This document shows positions 58,424-64,000 of a stretch of 64,000 bases of DNA, one piece after another (the stretch's first letter is position 1; each line of letters starts with the position of its first letter). Origin of the DNA: Nitrosopumilaceae archaeon (GTDB lineage: Archaea > Thermoproteota > Nitrososphaeria > Nitrososphaerales > Nitrosopumilaceae); contig CBDBCR010000001.1 in NCBI GenBank assembly GCA_965203465.1, positions 832,001 through 896,000 of the forward strand, written 5' to 3'. The notes below the pieces were generated by a model. The model was given only the letters and a program-made list of their open reading frames with translations, was not told the DNA's origin and ran no database searches. The translations under genes and the position numbers were made by a program.

Positions 58424-59380
58424 ATGCCCAATACGCCGGACGCGCGCAAGGCGGGCGGATGCAGATCCGCGCAAAACACAGAAACTGCATCCGCGATCCC
58501 TCTACCGTCACATCTTTTTAATGGATTCGAGAGAAAGATGCAGGCCAAGCAACTCGGTTTCATAAGCGACCACATCCGCTCGTACGAACTCTTCGAGAGG
58601 ACGATGGGCTTCCAGTATTTCCTCAACGGCAAGATCATCGACGCGTCGAGCCAGATCCGGGAGCCCAGAGACACCTCTGACCAGGCCATGACCGACGACG
58701 CCATTCTCCAGATCTTGGAGCAGAACCTGCTGTATCTGTTTTCCGCCCTCCGCCCCCTGGAACAAGAGTCCATACACGCCCACCGCGCACTGGTGCGCCC
58801 GGTGCTCGAATCCGTGCCCAAGTGCTTCTTCCTCATGAGGCATCCGGAAAGCACCAGGATGTTTCTGTTGGCAGAGAAACGCGACGCGTGGGAGGCGGTC
58901 GGCAAGCACGAAAGCAGGCCCAAGTCCGAGAAATTTTTAGAATCTGGAGCATCTCGGGAAGTTCCAAGGACGCAAGAAATCACGAACGAGGAATTTGCCG
59001 AGTTCAGGAACCGCAAGAATCGCGAACTGAGATCCAAAATCTACGGCACGAAGACGGTAAAATTGCAGGATCGGCTCTATTCGGTGCTGAGCACCAGCTC
59101 CCACTCGAACATACTCAGACACCACCCTTTGGAAGTCCGCCGGGCGGCCAAAGAGCTGTCCTTTAGGATTCTTGCCGAATTGTCTTTTTTCAACCTGTTC
59201 CTGATGGTCAATTCTCAGCACAGGGCATTGGGAGGCTTGGGCCTCATGGAAACGGCAAAACTGTTCACTTTGGATGCGCAGAAAAGACTGCAACCCCATT
59301 CTGAACTCACGTATTTGTATCCAGACAACAAAGAATACGTGAAGAATCTGATTCTAAAACCCCCGCGGCGGAAAAACTGA
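58424..59380 (+). CDS. DUF5677-like helical protein (paralogue 1)
   Basis: RPVLESVPK and LYSVLSTSSH motifs; colinear with 61894..62880; start uncertain. Confidence 0.7.
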   Translation: MPNTPDARKAGGCRSAQNTETASAIPLPSHLFNGFERKMQAKQLGFISDHIRSYELFERTMGFQYFLNGKIIDASSQIREPRDTSDQAMTDDAILQILEQNLLYLFSALRPLEQESIHAHRALVRPVLESVPKCFFLMRHPESTRMFLLAEKRDAWEAVGKHESRPKSEKFLESGASREVPRTQEITNEEFAEFRNRKNRELRSKIYGTKTVKLQDRLYSVLSTSSHSNILRHHPLEVRRAAKELSFRILAELSFFNLFLMVNSQHRALGGLGLMETAKLFTLDAQKRLQPHSELTYLYPDNKEYVKNLILKPPRRKN

Positions 59381-59616
59381 CCGACGCCATACTTCGGATA
59401 CGTGTAAAACCAGCTATAGACGAGCGTGCCAGAATGCGGCCATTGGGACGGTCGGCGTGACGGGGCCCGGCTCCCGCCGGAGCAGGCCGGGCGCGAACCG
59501 CACGAACGGGAAGCCGGCCTCTGGGCCTGACGGCCATCGACAAGAACGGGGCTACCTGAGTCGGCCGGGGCCAGCCGCCTGAAGGCTGCCGGCTACCGGG
59601 CCCCGCGCCTTTCAGC

Positions 59617-59752
59617 CGGCGCGCGCCTGCCTGCCCGGGCCGCGCCCATGGCGTAACCGGATTCGCCGTTTTGGATGCCGCCGTTTTGCCCGTTTTGGCC
59701 GATTTACGATCGGAAATCATCCGCCGGTCGGAGGAGCTTTTGGGTTAACCGA
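59617..59752 (+). repeat. dispersed degenerate repeat, copy C
   Basis: GCCTGCCCGGGCCGCGCCC..AACCGGATTCGCC..GTTTTGGCCGAT..CGATCGGAAATCATCCGCC..CTTTTGGGTTAACCG. Confidence 0.7.
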
Positions 59753-59894
59753 GATTCGGCTTTGTTCAGTAATTCCGCGATCCGTGCCTGAGCGGAGCCG
59801 TTTTTTGGCCGATCCGGCTACAGCGCAGGCACGAAAATGTGAATTGTCGAACAAAGCTGCGCCAAGTTTAAAACCGCGCAGGCTACCGCCAAGC

Positions 59895-60629
59895 ATGGAT
59901 TCCATCCGGGTGGACGATCTCGTGGTACTGGGCAACGCGGTGCCAGACATCATGAAAGATTCCAGGGTGACCGTCTGCACCGTGGGCTATTCGGAGAGCC
60001 ACGGGCTGATGCGGGTCTATCCGGTGCGGCCCGACGCCAAAATGCTCAGGTGGGACGTCGTGGAGGCGGAGCTTGAAAGAAACCCCAAAGACACGAGGGG
60101 CGAGAGCTGGAAGGTAAAGGGATCAAAGCAGGAATGGGACAAGATGGCCGGCAAAATCCTCCACCACGGAAAGCTGAGCCCAGGCAGGCAGAAGAAACTG
60201 CAGCGCGAACTGCAAGAAAGGTTCGCGGCGGGATGCATACGGGATCTGAACGACGAGAAACGCAGCCTGGGCATCATAAAGCCCACGGTGCTGGGGTACC
60301 GGATGGAAGAGCGCGAGTCATACGACAGCACGATACAGACAAACCTGTTTTCCACAGATCCGTTCAAGACCATCCACAACTACAAAAAGCAGCCGAGGAT
60401 AGAATACGAATGCTCGGACTGCAGGGCGAAAAACCCGCACGATCAGCAAGTGCTGGAATGGGGCATTTACGAGTGGATGAGGAAGAACCCGTCCCAGCCG
60501 GAGCGGGCGTGGGCCAACCTGCACCTTGACGATCCGGGATACGAAAAAAGGTTCCTCGTAGGCAATCTGGCAAAACACAGAACGTCATTCGTGATCGTCA
60601 GTGTATTCAGGAGAAAAATCGGCCTCTAG
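59895..60629 (+). CDS. conserved uncharacterised protein (VCTxG...RxYP...DxRxES type)
   Basis: VCTVGYS, MRVYPV, PKDTRGES, CxxC...H, FLVGN. Confidence 0.8.
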   Translation: MDSIRVDDLVVLGNAVPDIMKDSRVTVCTVGYSESHGLMRVYPVRPDAKMLRWDVVEAELERNPKDTRGESWKVKGSKQEWDKMAGKILHHGKLSPGRQKKLQRELQERFAAGCIRDLNDEKRSLGIIKPTVLGYRMEERESYDSTIQTNLFSTDPFKTIHNYKKQPRIEYECSDCRAKNPHDQQVLEWGIYEWMRKNPSQPERAWANLHLDDPGYEKRFLVGNLAKHRTSFVIVSVFRRKIGL

Positions 60630-60974
60630 CAGAGACGGGTTCGCGATTATCTCCCTCAGCAGGTGGCGGTGGCAGTGAGCTCCGGCAGGCTCGTAGCACA
60701 GAAACGTCACCGTCGTGCCTCTGGATTCGGAATGCAGATCCCGTATCAGGGACGCCGCGCTCCCGTCCCGCAGCTCGCGCTTGAAGGCGCGGGAAAACTG
60801 CCCCCAGGTCACGTCGTTGTCCTTGTATTTTTTGAGCAGCTGCGCGCTCGGCGCGAGATCCCGAACCCACCTGTCAAAGTGCGTCTTTTTGACGCCCCGG
60901 GGGTAGAACCTGGTCACCAGTATCCGGATTCCGTCCTTACGCTCTCTGGGCTTGTAGATACTCTTTGTCCTCAC
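60585..60974 (-). CDS. DUF488 (YeaO-like) protein
   Basis: KSIY...DGIRILVTRFYPRGVKK...WVRDLAPS...CYE...HCHR; start uncertain. Confidence 0.88.
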   Translation of the reverse strand: MRTKSIYKPRERKDGIRILVTRFYPRGVKKTHFDRWVRDLAPSAQLLKKYKDNDVTWGQFSRAFKRELRDGSAASLIRDLHSESRGTTVTFLCYEPAGAHCHRHLLREIIANPSLLEADFSPEYTDDHE

Positions 60975-61268
60975 CGTGGCCCGCGCGGAGACCGCCGTGA
61001 CCGCGCGCAGGCAGGCAGCGGCAGCTTTGGGGCGCCTCGGCTTGCAGGGCAACTCGGCACGCCTCCAGGGGCCACGGTATAAGTTGAGATAGTGAAGCAG
61101 AATACACAAAGTGTCAATTTTCTGCCCCTGCTCGGCGTTCATCAAGGCGCCTTTTGTAGCGGGCCCCGCCCGGCCGTTGGCGGCAAGAGATGCCGATCGC
61201 CGGGTTCATAGCTGTATATAATACAAAAAAGCAGAAATTGTTAATAACGGGCGAGGTTTTGCCGATGC

Positions 61269-61664
61269 GTGAATTGTGCGAAAAAAGCGTGGGACGAAGC
61301 GGGCCCCGAATGGCGCAAGAAGATGCTGGAGAGCTCGCGCGCGAGAAACCGACCAGATCTAAAGTACCTGGCGTTTGACCGTCTGCCCGAATCGATCAGG
61401 GGGATTCTGGTCAGGGCGCGCCTCGGAGAGGACGTGAAGTCAAAACCCGGGTGCAAGGACACAAAGACGCAGGTTCTGGACCGTATAAACTGCGCCGCCA
61501 TGGCAGAAGAGTGCGGGCGCGCCATGCTGAAAGGCGGGAAAGAGAGCCGGGGTAGCCGGACGGCGGGCGATCCAAACGGCCAAATGCCGATCTGGACTGC
61601 GGCCGACACCTTTCTGAAAACCGCGGCAGAGAACCAAATGCGCGATCCGCCGTGGATGTCGTAG
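61269..61664 (+). CDS. hypothetical protein
   Basis: 131-aa ORF downstream of an AT-rich region. Confidence 0.45.
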   Translation: MNCAKKAWDEAGPEWRKKMLESSRARNRPDLKYLAFDRLPESIRGILVRARLGEDVKSKPGCKDTKTQVLDRINCAAMAEECGRAMLKGGKESRGSRTAGDPNGQMPIWTAADTFLKTAAENQMRDPPWMS

Positions 61665-61893
61665 ATCGGCAAGAGGCAAGACGAGAGCGCGCCCGTGCCT
61701 CGTTTCTCCCGGCACTCGCGCGCGCCCCGGGCCGGGCCAAGCCGGGGACGTGCCTTCCGGCTGGCGCCGCCTGCGGCTGTCCGGCTACCTGCACGTGTTC
61801 GGCCGGCCGATGATCCGCCCCGCGAATTTGCAACGGTGCCGTACTCCCAAGTCTCCGAAAGGTATATTACTCTAGAAGGAACGGCGGCGGCAG

Positions 61894-62880
61894 ATGGACG
61901 AGAATGAGCGCGCCGCGGCCGAGCGGGTCGCCGGAGCGGCAGAGGCGGGCGGCGCGCCGGCCCGCGCCGAGCCGCGCCCGGACGGACGCGCGGCCCCCTC
62001 CCCGCACGCCGTCTTCGGCGGGTTTGAAAAATTGCGGCAGAGACGCCAGCGGGAGTTCATAGCGCGACACATCGGGGCGTACGATCTTTTCGAGCGCCTG
62101 ATGGAGTTCCAGCACTACGTTCACGGAGAGGTTTCGAAAAAGCACTCAGAATCTGCGAGCCGCCGGACGGGCAGGGCCACGGACTACATATTGACGGAGA
62201 TCTTTCTTTTGGGCGTGCTGAACCAGAACATCGATTACGTATTTTCGGCGTGGCGCGCCCTAGAACACGGCCTCCCCCACATCTGCGGGAGCCTTATGCG
62301 CAACGTGGTCGAATCCGTCCCCAAATCGTTCTATCTTTTGGCCAACCCGCACGCCGTCAAAAAATTCAGGTTGGGTGAGATGTATCTGACATACAAGTCT
62401 GAAAATCCGCCGGCAAAGAACAGCTATCTGGCCACCGAGTTTCTCAAATCTCAAAAGGCTCAAAGAGCCCTCGACGGAGAGCAGATCAAGTCAGAAGCGT
62501 TTCTAGAGTTTTTCTACGGACACAAGCACCTAGACATCTGCGAAAAGATCTACGACAAAGATGCCGTTCAGCGTCAAAGAAAGCTCTATTCCGTGCTCAG
62601 TTCTAGTTCCCACGCGTCCATGGATAGGTTCGCGACTCCCTCGCGCGACCCTGTATTGGATGGGAGTTTTGCAAAGATGCTCACCGATCTGTCTTTTTTC
62701 AGCCTGCTTCTGACGGCCAACTCCCAGCACCGGTTGCTGCGCGACATGGGGCTGGTACGGGACGTCGAGCGGTTCGTCAACGCGGCTTGGCGCGACTTGG
62801 GCCGCCCGGATCCGCTCACCGACATGTATCCGGACGAGCCCGAATACCGGGACTGCCTGCCGCTAAAGCTCCCGCCGTGA
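61894..62880 (+). CDS. DUF5677-like helical protein (paralogue 2)
   Basis: RNVVESVPK and LYSVLSSSSH motifs; TATATTA box about 25-30 nt upstream. Confidence 0.75.
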   Translation: MDENERAAAERVAGAAEAGGAPARAEPRPDGRAAPSPHAVFGGFEKLRQRRQREFIARHIGAYDLFERLMEFQHYVHGEVSKKHSESASRRTGRATDYILTEIFLLGVLNQNIDYVFSAWRALEHGLPHICGSLMRNVVESVPKSFYLLANPHAVKKFRLGEMYLTYKSENPPAKNSYLATEFLKSQKAQRALDGEQIKSEAFLEFFYGHKHLDICEKIYDKDAVQRQRKLYSVLSSSSHASMDRFATPSRDPVLDGSFAKMLTDLSFFSLLLTANSQHRLLRDMGLVRDVERFVNAAWRDLGRPDPLTDMYPDEPEYRDCLPLKLPP

Positions 62881-62967
62881 TTTCCGCGTAGCCCGGGCCG
62901 GAGCCGGCGCGCGGCCAGCCTGCATACCTGCAAAGACGCTCGCGGGCCGTCCAGACGCGGATCGCCG

Positions 62968-63990
62968 GTGCGGCCCCAGATCGCAAAGGCACATTACGCC
63001 CTGACGAAAGGCGTTCGCGTGCAACACGAAGTGAAAAGTTCGTTGGCAGGCCGCCCGCACGTCGTCATATTGGGCGCTGGGGCGAGCCGCGCGGCGTGCC
63101 CGGAAGGCGACAAGAACGGGGAAAAACTCCCCCTGATGAAAGACCTCGCAGAGGTCGTAGGGGTCAAGGACATGCTCCGAGGGTGGGGGATCGACTGCGG
63201 GAGGAACTTCGAGTACATCTTCAGCGAGCTGTACGAAAAGGGCGAGGCGGGCAAGATAAAAGAGTTGCAACGCAGGGTGGAATCTTACTTTGTCGGGCTG
63301 GAGCTTCCCGACGAGCCTGCGCTCTACGATCTATTGGTGCTCTCGCTCGGAAAAAACGACATCATCGTGACGTTCAACTGGGATCCGCTGCTGGCTATGG
63401 CGATGGAACGGAACGTGCAGTCGGGCCTGGCCATGCCACAAGAGGTGTATCCGCACGGCAACGTGAGGATCGGGTACTGCGAGCGGGACAAAAAGTACGA
63501 CAGCGCCGGGCGTCGGTGAACGACGTGCGGAGAGCCGTACAAAAACACCCCGCGGCTCTACCCGATCAGGCAGAAAGACTACGACAAGGAGCCTTTCATC
63601 CGGGCCCAGTGGGCTACCGCGCAGCGGGGGCTGAGGCAGGCGCCCGTGCTGACCGTCTTTGGGTACAGCGCCCCGAAAACGGACGTCGCGGCTGTCAAGC
63701 TCGTGCGGGACGCGTGGAAGAACAACAAACTGCGCGAGATAGCGGAGGTCGAATTCATAGTCGGCCCGGATGCTGTACCCGAGGAGGTGGAAAAGGCGTG
63801 GGAACCCATCATAGGCACGAACCACTACCGGGTACTCGAGCGTTTCTCCGAATCCTCGATAGCGCACTATCCGAGAAGGACATGCGAGGCGTACTACGAG
63901 AGGTCCGTGGCCGGAAGGCCCGTCAAGACAAACCCGGTACCGGACAATCTGGGGCTTGAGCGGTTGTGGGAGTGGATGCGGCGCCTCTAA
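62968..63990 (+). pseudogene. SIR2-like domain protein interrupted by an in-frame TGA at 63517-63519
   Basis: ILGAGASRA, IVTFNWDPLL, PHGNV, VFGYSAP; the two track ORFs share one frame. Confidence 0.8.
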
Positions 63991-64000
63991 AGGCCAGAGC

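Noticed and set aside
58221-58521. Long C-terminal tail of the IS481 transposase ORF
   Set aside because: Read-through past a truncation junction into unrelated sequence
1-64000. Hundreds of long overlapping ORFs in the track (e.g. 370..1377, 19194..21149, 21468..23210)
   Set aside because: Arg/Gly/Ala/Pro-rich shadow frames expected at this GC content, overlapping well-supported genes
55340-64000. Provirus, integron, retron or diversity-generating retroelement
   Set aside because: No integrase, capsid, terminase or reverse transcriptase motif and no template/variable repeat pair seen in the window

Overview
High-GC archaeal DNA whose gene set, gene order and TATA-box/leaderless GTG-TTG starts fit a Nitrosopumilaceae (Thaumarchaeota, Cenarchaeum-like) genome; the taxon is inferred. 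Positions 1-41.5 kb are mostly housekeeping: XPD/DinG helicase (partial), K+ channel, CorA, aIF5A, intron-containing tRNA-Tyr, aIF1A, EndA, rpoD-L18e-L13-S9, two aconitase-family pairs, SMC, Ino1, GAPDH, ThrC, CofE, 2-oxoacid:ferredoxin oxidoreductase and WecB. Two small accessory inserts interrupt this part: a frameshifted SDH/ClpP-class protease and a decayed HTH-ImmA + PIN pair. From 41.5 kb onward, sugar-modifying genes are interleaved with defence-like and mobile genes: an HNH nuclease, an IS481-type transposase, two DUF5677-like paralogues, DUF488 and a split SIR2-like gene. The most striking feature is an intact, translationally coupled three-gene ubiquitin-like conjugation operon at 50946-52995: a Ubl ending NPYG-R, an E2-fold protein with no cysteine, and a JAB peptidase-E1 fusion. 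It resembles bacterial Bub/Prok-E2_E systems but sits in an archaeon. Also notable are a probable ACG start codon, several small ORFs missed by the ORF track, a candidate structured ncRNA and a dispersed repeat family. All family assignments come from motif recognition by eye; no searches were run.
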